Shown: positions 48,477-57,539 of the stretch, piece by piece
Position numbering within the stretch: the first letter of the stretch is position 1
Layout: every line of letters starts with the position of its first letter
Assembly: GCA_035293905.1 (NCBI GenBank)
Contig: DATGLY010000115.1
Span: 1,291 to 65,290, forward strand
Reading direction: 5' to 3'
Length of the DNA stretch: 64,000 bases
From: Bryobacteraceae bacterium
GTDB taxonomy: Bacteria; Acidobacteriota; Terriglobia; Bryobacterales; Bryobacteraceae
The notes under the pieces: model-generated
The model's input: the letters and a program-made list of their open reading frames with translations, nothing else
Database searches by the model: none
Told to the model about the DNA's origin: nothing
Position numbers and translations under genes: made by a program

Positions 48477-49215
48477 GACTGGGACAGTCCACTCGCCGCT
48501 GCGTCAACGCTAGAGCTGCGGAGGCAACCTCCTCCACGGAAGGATTCACCAGCGCCCTCACGCGCTCGCCCCTTGGCGACCAGACGCGGGGGTCGGTGCA
48601 AAGGAAAATCGCGACGACGGGCGTTGCCACCGCGGCGGCCAGATGGGAAATCCCGGAATCGTTGCCGATGTACACGCGCGCTTTGGAGATCCAGCACGCG
48701 AGCTCGTACAGGTCACTGAAGCGGACTGCATCATCGAGCGGCTCGTCGGGGCCTGCGCACCAGCGCACCGGCATTGCTAGCGCCGCGGCGGCCGCGCGGA
48801 AATTTTCGAGCGGCCAGCGTTTGACGGCGCTGCTCGCGAAAGGATGGATCACCGCGAAGTCTTCGCGAGGCGCGTGAGGCACGGCGATGCGTGGGATTCC
48901 GGGCGGCGGCGGAAGGGCGGGAAAGAATTCGAACGGCAGATGGCGGACGGCCTCGCGAAATTCCGGACGGTTTGCGCCGTACCAGGAATAGATGGAGTTG
49001 AATTCGCCGAGCGCCGTCACACTCGCACCCTCCACAACGCCCACTAAATCTAAACCCGTATCCGCGATCGCGCGCGTTTTGTCGGCGAAGCGGATCAACG
49101 GCAGCTTCTCCCGAGGCGCCCACACTTCCGTGTAATCGGCCTTGGCCGCCTCAAGCGCGGGCAGCGACAGGATCACGTCGCCGATTGCGCCCGGCCTGAT
49201 CAACAGCCGCCTCAT
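48460..49215 (-). CDS. Glycosyltransferase family 9 (heptosyltransferase-like), compact
   Basis: 251 aa with N-terminus MRRLLIRPGAIGDVILSLPALEA and C-domain motif YIGNDSGISHLAAAVATPVVAIF. It is shorter than typical GT9 enzymes. Confidence 0.75.
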   Translation of the reverse strand: MRRLLIRPGAIGDVILSLPALEAAKADYTEVWAPREKLPLIRFADKTRAIADTGLDLVGVVEGASVTALGEFNSIYSWYGANRPEFREAVRHLPFEFFPALPPPPGIPRIAVPHAPREDFAVIHPFASSAVKRWPLENFRAAAAALAMPVRWCAGPDEPLDDAVRFSDLYELACWISKARVYIGNDSGISHLAAAVATPVVAIFLCTDPRVWSPRGERVRALVNPSVEEVASAALALTQRRVDCPSHVVTI

Positions 49216-50462
49216 GGAAGCTTGTATAACGCGCGAGCGTTATCCCGCAGCACCATCCGCGCCAACTCCAGGGCGCGCGCGCGATCGATTTCCCCGTCTT
49301 GCATCATTCCCGTTAGCGCGAGGCCCAATGCCTCGCGTCCTGTTTTCGCGGCAACGTACGCGCTCTCCTCCCAGCCCACATCGGCGGAGTACGGATATGC
49401 ATCGGTGGCGAACAGAATCTTTTCGGGAACGAACTCGAGCCACGCCCGGATCGTCCGCGCCAGCTCGGATGGATAAAGAATCAGGTCCAAATCGGAAAAA
49501 TCGAGGTAAACGTTGGGCTTTGTGAGCAGGGCCGTAAGCTCGCGAGTAAACGGCCAGCCGCCATGGAGAAAGACGAAATTGGTCTTGCGCAATGCCGGGT
49601 CGTCGAGCAGCGGCTCATACAGCATCGGATTCACGCCCGCTACGTTGAAATAACTTCCCGAGCCCGCGTTCGAATGAATATGAACGGCCATCCCGAGCCG
49701 CCCGCACTCGGCGGCGATGAACCGGAAAATGTAGTCTTGCAGAGCTTTGTAGTCGCCGTGGCCGGCCCAGGCCGCCTCGGCTTGCTCCTTGGTAGGATTC
49801 GAAATATCCAGCGGCCGTAAATAGGCCATCTCGAATTTTTCGGCGATAGCGCCGTCCTGCTTCTGGCGTGCCAGGGTGGGGCGTACGAGTTTCGCCAGGT
49901 AATCGTCCAGGCTCGCCGGGCGTCCAGATATATCCAAATCGGCGTAGTAGCGCTTTAGCAGCTTCTCTTCCAGAGCGAAGAACGCGCGCTGATCGGAATT
50001 GTGGATCATCGACTCATTCGCGAGCGGATACATCAACGCGTCGGCATAAGGGACCCAGCGAAACCGGTTGGGCGGCAAGCCTGGGCCCATGGTTACGCGA
50101 TTGGCGATCATGACGGCGATTCCCAACTGGTCCAGCATTTGAACGGGACTGCGTTCGGCGCGCGCCAGAGCGCGATGGGCCTGCTGGATTTCCGGCGATC
50201 CCGCGCGCAAACGAACCGGATCAAATTGAGCCTCGAGATTGTCCACCGGAAGGGCGTCGAAATCGCGGTCCGGCGCTTCCGCCGGCGCGGAGGGCCGAAC
50301 GGGATGCGCGTGATTATCAATGGCTTGGATGCCGACGATTGCGCCGGCAATTTGCGGATCGACGGCGGAAAAACCCGGATCCGATTCAGGAACGCGCCGG
50401 CAGCCGGCGCTGAACAAGGCTAGCGACGCGATGGCCAATGCGACGATGAGGTTCTTGCGCAA
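49212..50462 (-). CDS. Amidohydrolase-2 family metal-dependent hydrolase, probable lipoprotein
   Basis: 416 aa with the lipobox-like N-terminus MRKNLIVALAIASLALFSAGC. Metal-ligand motifs IDNHAH, VHIHS and FATDAYP. ATGA overlap with the GT9 start. Confidence 0.75.
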   Translation of the reverse strand: MRKNLIVALAIASLALFSAGCRRVPESDPGFSAVDPQIAGAIVGIQAIDNHAHPVRPSAPAEAPDRDFDALPVDNLEAQFDPVRLRAGSPEIQQAHRALARAERSPVQMLDQLGIAVMIANRVTMGPGLPPNRFRWVPYADALMYPLANESMIHNSDQRAFFALEEKLLKRYYADLDISGRPASLDDYLAKLVRPTLARQKQDGAIAEKFEMAYLRPLDISNPTKEQAEAAWAGHGDYKALQDYIFRFIAAECGRLGMAVHIHSNAGSGSYFNVAGVNPMLYEPLLDDPALRKTNFVFLHGGWPFTRELTALLTKPNVYLDFSDLDLILYPSELARTIRAWLEFVPEKILFATDAYPYSADVGWEESAYVAAKTGREALGLALTGMMQDGEIDRARALELARMVLRDNARALYKLP

Positions 50463-50482
50463 AAGCTTCTGCTGCTAGAATA

Positions 50483-51472
50483 ATGGAGAACTTGAAGCCG
50501 GCGTTAATCACGGGAGCTACGGGATTCGTCGGTTGGCACGTCGCGCGGAAGCTTCTGGACCGCGGATGGAAGGCGAGGGCCTTGGCCCGGGACCCGGCGC
50601 GGCTCCGCGAGTTGGAGGGGATCGAGCCAATCCAGGGAGATCTTTGCGATCGCGCATCGCTGGAGCGGGCGGTCGCCGGGTGCGAAGTGGTCTTTCACGT
50701 GGCCGCGGACTACCGGTTGTGGACCAAGCAGCCGGGAGAGATGTTTCGCGTTAATGTGGAAGGCACGCGCAACTTACTGGAAGCGGCGTGCAAAGCAGGG
50801 GTCGAGCGGTTCGTCTACACCAGTACGGTGGGATGTATCGGCGTGCCGCGGGGACGGCTCGGCGACGAGGATTCGCCGGCCGGCCTGGAAGAAATGAGAG
50901 GGCCGTACAAGCGTTCGAAATTTCTGGCCGAGCAGGTGGCGCTAAAGTTCGCCGCAGGAGGATTTCCGGTAGTGATTGTGAACCCCACGGCTCCAGTGGG
51001 CGATCATGACGTCAAGCCAACGCCCACGGGAAGGATTGTGTTGGATTTTATGCGAGGCGCGATGCCTGCGTTTCTGGATACGGGTCTGAACTTGGTAGAC
51101 GTTCGCGACGTCGCGGAAGGACATCTGGCGGCCTGCGAGCGGGGCAAAGCTGGCGAAAGGTATATCCTAGGAGCCGAGAACTTAACACTGGAACAGATTT
51201 TCCTAACGTTGGAACGAATTACGGGACGTCCCGCGCCGAAGCTGCGGATTCCCTACGCGGTCGCGTACGCGGCGGGGGTGGTTTCCACGGCTTGGGCGGG
51301 CGTGACGGGACGCGAGCCGCTAGCGCCGCTGGATGGCGTTCGCATGGCTCGCAAAAAGATGTGGGTCAGGCACGACAAAGCCGCAAGAGAGCTGGGGTAC
51401 TGCCCCCGCCCGGCGGCTGAAGCTCTGCAACGCGCGGCGGGTTGGTTCCGCGCAAATGGCTATTGCACATAA
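50483..51472 (+). CDS. hpnA: Hopanoid-associated sugar epimerase (NAD-dependent epimerase/dehydratase)
   Basis: 329 aa. Motifs: ITGATGFVGWHV, FHVAADYRLW, YKRSKFLAEQ, VIVNPTAPVGDHDVKPTPTGRIV, FLDTGLNLVDVRDVAEGHLAA, GERYILG. Operon context with hpnG, hpnC and hpnD. Confidence 0.8.
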   Translation: MENLKPALITGATGFVGWHVARKLLDRGWKARALARDPARLRELEGIEPIQGDLCDRASLERAVAGCEVVFHVAADYRLWTKQPGEMFRVNVEGTRNLLEAACKAGVERFVYTSTVGCIGVPRGRLGDEDSPAGLEEMRGPYKRSKFLAEQVALKFAAGGFPVVIVNPTAPVGDHDVKPTPTGRIVLDFMRGAMPAFLDTGLNLVDVRDVAEGHLAACERGKAGERYILGAENLTLEQIFLTLERITGRPAPKLRIPYAVAYAAGVVSTAWAGVTGREPLAPLDGVRMARKKMWVRHDKAARELGYCPRPAAEALQRAAGWFRANGYCT

Positions 51473-51508
51473 CCAAGCCGCGGCCGGAGGGAAGCGGTTT
51501 TTTACAAC

Positions 51509-52129
51509 ATGCGAACTGTGCTGTTGGTCGCGGCCGAGGCGAGGGAGTTTTCCGGTATCCTGAAACGGGCCGCGGGAAAAGCGCTGAAATGGCCGGAAGC
51601 TGTGTTTTCTCGCGAAGTTGCGTGGAAGAATGATCGTTGGCTGCTGGTGGCGAATGGGCCAGGCGCCCGGCTGGTAGGGCAGGTCCTGGCAAGAAAGAGG
51701 GATGTGGATCTCGTTTTAAGCATCGGTTTTTGCGGAGCGCTTGATCCAGCGTTGCGGGTTGGCGACATTGTCGATGAGGGTAAGGTGTTCACCGCGGATC
51801 GGGTGGCCGTGACGGCGGCGGAAAAGCGCGCATTGCGGGAGCAGACGGGCGCCTCCGCCGTCGAGATGGAAGCGAGTGCGGTGGAAGCGAAAGCTCGGGA
51901 ATGGGGAACGGCCTTCCGTTGCGTGAAGGTGGTCTCCGATACGGCCGCCGATGACCTGCCCTTGGATTTTAACCAATATCGCGATAAAGATGGCCGTTTT
52001 TCACGGACCAGGATCGCGCTTGCGGCTCTCCGGCGCCCGCCGGCTCTGGGGCGGTTGATACGCCTGGACCGGGACTGCCGCAGGGCCGCCGATAAACTGG
52101 GAGAGTTTCTTGCCAATACCTCAATCTGA
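51509..52129 (+). CDS. hpnG: Hopanoid-associated phosphorylase/nucleosidase (PNP_UDP_1 family)
   Basis: 206 aa with a nucleoside phosphorylase/MTA-nucleosidase-like core: SIGFCGALDPALRVGDIV and EMEASAVEAKAREWGTAFRCVKVVSD. Its size and its position between hpnA and hpnC/D support the call. Confidence 0.65.
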   Translation: MRTVLLVAAEAREFSGILKRAAGKALKWPEAVFSREVAWKNDRWLLVANGPGARLVGQVLARKRDVDLVLSIGFCGALDPALRVGDIVDEGKVFTADRVAVTAAEKRALREQTGASAVEMEASAVEAKAREWGTAFRCVKVVSDTAADDLPLDFNQYRDKDGRFSRTRIALAALRRPPALGRLIRLDRDCRRAADKLGEFLANTSI

Positions 52130-52163
52130 AGCCGCCGCCCCAACGGCGGCCGCGAACGCAAGC

Positions 52164-53213
52164 ATGCGAGCAGCGGTGTACAGAGGTTCCGGCAGGCTGA
52201 ACGTTGAGCGCCTGCCGGTTCCTCAAATTGGACGGGGCGAAGCGCTCATCCGAGTGGAAAGCTGCGGCGTCTGTCATACCGATTTAAAAAAGATCGCCTA
52301 CGATCTGCTGCCGCCGCCACGCGTCTACGGCCATGAAACGGCTGGCGTGATCGTGGAAGTAGGCGCGGGCGTAACCCGTTATCGTCCGGGCGACCGCGTG
52401 GTCGTGTTTCATCACATCCCTTGCGGCCAATGCTTTTATTGCCTCCGAAAGCTTTACGCGCAGTGCCCGGTTTATAAGAAGGTTGGAGTGACGGCGGGTT
52501 TCGAGGCCGCTGGGGGAGGGTTCGCTCAATACGTTCGAGCAATGGACTGGATCGTCGAGCGGGGCCTCGAGAAGATTCCTGAAGGCGTTTCTTTTGAACA
52601 GGCTTGCTTTGTTGAGCCGGTCAATACTTGCCTGAAGGCGGTAAAGCTGGTGGATCCGCAGCCGGAGGATGTCACGGCTATACTCGGGCAAGGGCCGATC
52701 GGCTTAATTTTCACGATGATAACCGCCGGCCTGAAGACGACGGTGCTGGCCACGGACACAATGGCGTCGCGGCGGGCGCTGGCGGTTCGCTTCGGCGCAC
52801 AGGAAGCGTTTGATCCGCGCGATAACTTGTTGGAAAAACGGGTCCGGGCGATGACGGATGGCCGCGGGGCCGATGTCGTCATCGTGGCGGCATCCGCGCC
52901 AGGCATCGTCGAGCAGGCGGTCCGGTGCTCTCGACCCGGCGCGCGCATCATGCTTTTCGCCCAAACTTCGCATCAGGAGCGAGTCGAAGTCTCCGGCGCA
53001 GCGATCTGCATGGAGGAGCGCCTTTTGTGCGGATCCTATAGCGCCTCCGTGGATTTACAGGCCGAATCGGCGGAACTGGTTTTTAGCGGGGCGCTACCGG
53101 TTTCGGAATTGGTATCGCACCGCTTTCCATTAAGCGAAATTCATGTCGGGATTGAGCGCGCGTTGCATCCCGATGAAGGATCATTGAAGATAGTAATACA
53201 ACCGCAGAGGTGA
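52164..53213 (+). CDS. Zn-dependent medium-chain dehydrogenase/reductase (sorbitol/threonine dehydrogenase-like)
   Basis: 349 aa from ATG 52164; the TTG at 52110 would overlap hpnG. Catalytic Zn ligands CGVCHTD and GHE, structural Zn site CGQCFYCLRKLYAQC, Rossmann motif GQGPIGL. Confidence 0.85.
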   Translation: MRAAVYRGSGRLNVERLPVPQIGRGEALIRVESCGVCHTDLKKIAYDLLPPPRVYGHETAGVIVEVGAGVTRYRPGDRVVVFHHIPCGQCFYCLRKLYAQCPVYKKVGVTAGFEAAGGGFAQYVRAMDWIVERGLEKIPEGVSFEQACFVEPVNTCLKAVKLVDPQPEDVTAILGQGPIGLIFTMITAGLKTTVLATDTMASRRALAVRFGAQEAFDPRDNLLEKRVRAMTDGRGADVVIVAASAPGIVEQAVRCSRPGARIMLFAQTSHQERVEVSGAAICMEERLLCGSYSASVDLQAESAELVFSGALPVSELVSHRFPLSEIHVGIERALHPDEGSLKIVIQPQR

Positions 53214-53220
53214 ACCTAAC

Positions 53221-54264
53221 GTGATCAAGCAGATGACGGCAGCAGTGCTTTACGGGAAAGAGCACTTGCGGATTGAGTCCGTCGACATTCCAAAAATTGG
53301 GCATGGGGACGTTCTGGTGCGCGTCCGAACCGCTTTGACCTGTGGGACGGACGTGAAGGTGTTCCAACGAGGCTATCACCCCCGCATGATCAAGCCCCCG
53401 GCTTTGTTTGGGCATGAACTGGCGGGGGATATCGTCGCGGTTGGGAGGGACGTTCGAGGATTTGAGCCGGGCCAGCGCGTTATCGCCGCCAACTCCGCTC
53501 CATGCGGGGCGTGCTATTACTGCCAGAGGGGAACGGAGAATTTATGCGAGGACTTGTTGTTCAACAACGGAGCCTACGCCGAGTACATCCGCATTCCGGC
53601 GCGAATCGTTCAAAAGAACATGTATGAAATCCCCGGCCACGTCAGCTATCAAGACGCCGCGTTAGTAGAGCCGCTGGCGTGCGTGATTCGGGGGTTGGAA
53701 GAGACCGGCCTGCGCTCCGGCGATAGCGTGGCGATCATTGGTCTGGGACCCATCGGCATGATGTTCGTTCTTCTGGCCAAGGCGATTTACAAAGCCCGGG
53801 TGATCGCGATCGGCAGGCGGCCGACGCAGCTTGACCGCGCCTCCGCCATGGGCGCGGACGAAACCGTGCTGAATAACGACCATGCCGATCCGGTGGGAGC
53901 GGTGCGCAAGCTCACCGCCGGCCGCGGCGCCGACGTAGTGATTGAAGCCGTGGGACTGCCGGAAGTCTGGCAACTGGCGCTTCGGCTGCTCAGAAGGGGC
54001 GGCGTGATCAATTTCTTCGGCGGTTGCCCGTCCGGGACCGAGGTAGGCGTGGACACCAACCTGATGCACTATTCAGAGCTGACGCTGAAAGCCAGCTTCC
54101 ACCACACACCGGCGCTGGTGCGCAAGGCGCTGGAGGCGGTGAGCCGGGGCTATGTCACAGCCAAGGACTTCGTGAACCGGGTAGAGCCGCTCGCCAACTT
54201 GTTGGAAGTGATGCAACACCTCATGAGTCACAACGGGCATCTGAAGACGGCCATTATTCCGTAA
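53221..54264 (+). CDS. Zn-dependent medium-chain dehydrogenase/reductase (second copy, divergent paralogue)
   Basis: 347 aa with a GTG start, with GAGG ending 10 nt upstream of it. Catalytic Zn ligands CGTD and GHE, structural Zn site CGACYYCQRGTENLC, Rossmann motif GLGPIGM. Confidence 0.85.
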   Translation: MIKQMTAAVLYGKEHLRIESVDIPKIGHGDVLVRVRTALTCGTDVKVFQRGYHPRMIKPPALFGHELAGDIVAVGRDVRGFEPGQRVIAANSAPCGACYYCQRGTENLCEDLLFNNGAYAEYIRIPARIVQKNMYEIPGHVSYQDAALVEPLACVIRGLEETGLRSGDSVAIIGLGPIGMMFVLLAKAIYKARVIAIGRRPTQLDRASAMGADETVLNNDHADPVGAVRKLTAGRGADVVIEAVGLPEVWQLALRLLRRGGVINFFGGCPSGTEVGVDTNLMHYSELTLKASFHHTPALVRKALEAVSRGYVTAKDFVNRVEPLANLLEVMQHLMSHNGHLKTAIIP

Positions 54265-54292
54265 GGCCCGCGGGCGGGGTCCTGACAAGCAC

Positions 54293-55207
54293 GTGTTTCT
54301 TGCGCCGGTCGAGTTCCTGCGATCCCCCGAAGCGCTGGGGCGCGCATGGACGCTCAACGAATCGCTGGCTTACACCCGCCAGTTGGCTACCCGCCACTAC
54401 GAGAACTTTCACGTGGTCAGCTTCCTGCTGCCCAAGCGCCTGCACCAGGACTTCTACAACGTCTATGCCTTCTGCCGCTGGGCGGACGACCTGGGCGACG
54501 AGATCGGGAATACTTCGGAGAGCCTGCGGCTTCTCGGTTGGTGGCGCCAGGAGCTGGACAAGATGTATTTGGGAGACGCGTCCCATCCGGTGTTTGTCGC
54601 GCTTCAGCGCACCGTGGCGCGCTACGAACTGCCTTTTTCCGCTTTCGACGATCTGATCAAGGCTTTCGAACAGGATCAGACGGTGACGCGGTACGCGACA
54701 TTCGAGGAATTGCTTGAGTACTGCCGGTACTCCGCGAATCCCGTCGGGAGATTGGTCTTGGGCTTGTGCGGCTATCGCGATGCGGAGCGCACGGCCCTTT
54801 CCGACGCCACTTGCACGGCGCTGCAACTGGCGAATTTTTGGCAGGATGTAATCGTGGATCTGGGAAAGGATCGGGTGTATTTGCCGCTCGATCTTCTGCA
54901 ACGCCACGGTTATCCCTTGGAGGCGCTATTCGAGCGGCGCTTCGATTCGCGCTTCCGCGCGGCGATGCAAGAAGCGGTGGAAGTGGCGCGGCGGCTCTTC
55001 CTCAAGGGACTGCCTTTGGCGGGGATGGTGGATCGCAGATTGGCCGTGGACTTGGACTTATTCAGCCGGGGCGGACTCAAGGTGCTGGAGAAGATCGAGC
55101 GGCAGGGTTACGACGTTCTGCGGGCCCGTCCGGCGATTTCAAAGATCGAACGGGTCCAACTGCTGCTTACGGCTCTGATCCGGCGCGCTCTCTGGCGCGC
55201 AGCGTGA
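54293..55207 (+). CDS. hpnC: Squalene synthase HpnC (hydroxysqualene synthase)
   Basis: 304 aa of the trans-isoprenyl diphosphate synthase head-to-head family. Motifs: HYENFHVVSFLLPK, YAFCRWADDLGDE, QLANFWQDV. Confidence 0.85.
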   Translation: MFLAPVEFLRSPEALGRAWTLNESLAYTRQLATRHYENFHVVSFLLPKRLHQDFYNVYAFCRWADDLGDEIGNTSESLRLLGWWRQELDKMYLGDASHPVFVALQRTVARYELPFSAFDDLIKAFEQDQTVTRYATFEELLEYCRYSANPVGRLVLGLCGYRDAERTALSDATCTALQLANFWQDVIVDLGKDRVYLPLDLLQRHGYPLEALFERRFDSRFRAAMQEAVEVARRLFLKGLPLAGMVDRRLAVDLDLFSRGGLKVLEKIERQGYDVLRARPAISKIERVQLLLTALIRRALWRAA

Positions 55208-55217
55208 AGCCCGGCGC

Positions 55218-56063
55218 ATGACAATCGAGGAATCTTACGCGTTTTGCCAGCGAGTGGCGCGGAGCGAGGCCAAAAACTTCTATTACTCCTTTTTGCTGCT
55301 GCCGCAGCGGCAACGCCGGGCGATGTGCGCGATTTACGCGTTCATGCGCTATTGCGACGACCTAAGCGACGGCGAGGGGATCGGCGATCGCGCCGCGGCG
55401 ATCAAGCGTTGGCGATGCGATCTGGACACGGCTCTGCGCGGCGACAAGCCGAACCATCCGCTCTGGCCGGCTTTTTCCGATACGGTGAACCGGTTCCGGA
55501 TTCCCCACTTATATTTCCATGAAATGATCGAGGGCGTGAGCTCCGATCTGGAGCCCCGGTCCATCCACGCCTTCGGCGAGCTTTACGATTACTGCTATCA
55601 CGTCGCGAGCGTGGTGGGCCTCACGATCATTCACATCTTCGGCTTCAGCTCTCCGGATGCATTGAAGCTGGCCGAAAAGTGTGGCGTGGCGTTTCAGTTG
55701 ACCAACATCCTGCGGGATATTCGGGAAGACGCAAACAACGGCCGCGTTTATTTGCCGCAAGAGGACCTCGCGCTTTTCGGCGTCAGCCGGGAAGCGCTCT
55801 TGGCGGGCTCCGTTTCCGAACCGCTGCGCGAACTGCTCGCCTTTGAAGCCGCCCGAGCGAGAGACTACTACCGCCAGTCGGCGCCGCTGGTGGGAATGGT
55901 CAGTCCGCGCAGCCGGCCCTCGCTGAGGGCGCTGATCGGGATCTACTCCCGCTTGCTGGATCGAATCGCCGGCTCGGGCTACGAAGTGCTGGCCGAGCGG
56001 GTGCGCGTACCGGCCTGGGAGAAGGTGTGGATAGTTATACGAAGTCTGGCCGTTCCAAAATAG
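55218..56063 (+). CDS. hpnD: Presqualene diphosphate synthase HpnD
   Basis: 281 aa. Motifs: NFYYSFLLLPQRQRRAMCAIYAFMRYCDDLSD, FQLTNILRDIREDANNGRVYLP. Confidence 0.85.
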   Translation: MTIEESYAFCQRVARSEAKNFYYSFLLLPQRQRRAMCAIYAFMRYCDDLSDGEGIGDRAAAIKRWRCDLDTALRGDKPNHPLWPAFSDTVNRFRIPHLYFHEMIEGVSSDLEPRSIHAFGELYDYCYHVASVVGLTIIHIFGFSSPDALKLAEKCGVAFQLTNILRDIREDANNGRVYLPQEDLALFGVSREALLAGSVSEPLRELLAFEAARARDYYRQSAPLVGMVSPRSRPSLRALIGIYSRLLDRIAGSGYEVLAERVRVPAWEKVWIVIRSLAVPK

Positions 56064-56091
56064 AGCAACTGCCGCGCGGCGATGGATCGGG

Positions 56092-56493
56092 TTATTTCTT
56101 GCCGCTGACCCAATCGGCGATCGCCTGCCAATCCGGATCGCTCTTGGACTTGAACTGCTGGCCTCCGCCATGGAAATCGTCGCCGCCCGCTTCCTCGGCT
56201 AACGGGTGCTTCAAAAGGCGGCTTCCAGCGATGTCGCCCGGTTTGACCAGATGAGAAACGGATTCAAAGTTCTGCTTGGACTGTTCCAACGTCCATGCCG
56301 TGGCCCCTTCGGGCAGGGGCTGCAAACGGAAGGCGCTGTTGCTTGCGGAGTGGCAGGCCACGCAGCGGGCGTGGCCGGGCCGCTTCTTCAGGAAGATAGG
56401 CTCGACTTTGGCGCGGTAGACTTCGAAATCCAAAGTTTGCGCGGACAACGACACAACCGCCAGAGCCGCCAGCGGAACGAGTTTGCATTGCAT
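56092..56493 (-). CDS. Small secreted mono-haem c-type cytochrome-like protein (PSCyt1-like domain)
   Basis: 133 aa with signal peptide MQCKLVPLAALAVVSLSAQ and one CxxCH motif (CVACH). The preceding segment FEVYRAKVEPIFLKKRPGHARCVACH resembles the planctomycete-type cytochrome c domain. Confidence 0.6.
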   Translation of the reverse strand: MQCKLVPLAALAVVSLSAQTLDFEVYRAKVEPIFLKKRPGHARCVACHSASNSAFRLQPLPEGATAWTLEQSKQNFESVSHLVKPGDIAGSRLLKHPLAEEAGGDDFHGGGQQFKSKSDPDWQAIADWVSGKK

Positions 56494-56590
56494 ATAGGAA
56501 GCTTACACGGTCACCTCTTGCGCCGCAAGAGAATGACAACCAAGGATAATACGACCAACGCGAGGGCGACCCATTGGAGGGCTTTCACTG

Positions 56591-57523
56591 TTACATTTTC
56601 GACTTGATGACGTCCACCAACTCCTTCACCGCTGAGGCGCTTTTGGCCAACGCTTGTTTTTCCTCGGCGTTCAACTGAATCTCGTAAATTTTTTCAACGC
56701 CGCCGGCTCCCAACTTCACGGGCACGCCGACGAATAGCCCATGAATTCCGTATTCGCCTTCGAGGTAGGCGGCGCAGGGCAGAACTTTTTTCTTGTCTTT
56801 CAGAATCGATTCGACCATCTCGACCGCCGCGGCGGAGGGAGCGTAGTAGGCGCTGCCCGTCTTGAGATGCCGGACGATTTCGGCGCCGCCGTTCCGGGTG
56901 CGCTCGACGATGGCGTTCAGCTTCGAAGGCTCGATCAGTTCGGTGAGCGGAATTCCGGATACGCTCGAAAGCCGCACTACGGGAACCATCGTGTCGCCGT
57001 GCCCGCCAAGAACCACGGCGGTCACGTTCTCGACCGAAACGTTCAGCTCTTGCGCGATGAAGGCGCGGAAGCGCGCCGAATCCAGCACGCCCGCCATGCC
57101 GACGACGCGATTGCGGGGAAATTTGGAAACCTGATGAGCCGTCCAGCACATGGCGTCCAGCGGGTTGGTCACCAGCACCAGAATGGCGTGGGGCGAGCGC
57201 TTCGCCACGTTTTCGGCGACGCCTTTCACCACTTCATAGTTGGCCAGCAGAAGGTCGTCGCGGCTCATGCCAGGCTTGCGCGCCAGTCCCGCGGTGATGA
57301 CCACTACGTCGGAGTTCGCGGTAGGCTCATAATCGTTGGCGCCGGTGATTGCGACGTCGTATCCTTCAATCGGCCCCATTTGGAGCATGTCGAGCCCCTT
57401 GCCCTGGGGCACGCCCTCGACCACATCCACCAGAACGACGTCTCCCAGTTCCTTCAGTGCGAGGTTGACGGCGCAGCTTGCGCCGACATTGCCTCCTCCT
57501 ACAACCGTGATTTTTTTGCGCAT
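56591..57523 (-). CDS. mdh: Malate dehydrogenase (LDH-like type)
   Basis: 310 aa. Motifs: [46 protein letters not shown]. Confidence 0.95.
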   Translation of the reverse strand: MRKKITVVGGGNVGASCAVNLALKELGDVVLVDVVEGVPQGKGLDMLQMGPIEGYDVAITGANDYEPTANSDVVVITAGLARKPGMSRDDLLLANYEVVKGVAENVAKRSPHAILVLVTNPLDAMCWTAHQVSKFPRNRVVGMAGVLDSARFRAFIAQELNVSVENVTAVVLGGHGDTMVPVVRLSSVSGIPLTELIEPSKLNAIVERTRNGGAEIVRHLKTGSAYYAPSAAAVEMVESILKDKKKVLPCAAYLEGEYGIHGLFVGVPVKLGAGGVEKIYEIQLNAEEKQALAKSASAVKELVDVIKSKM

Positions 57524-57539
57524 AATTCTTGGAGCGGAA

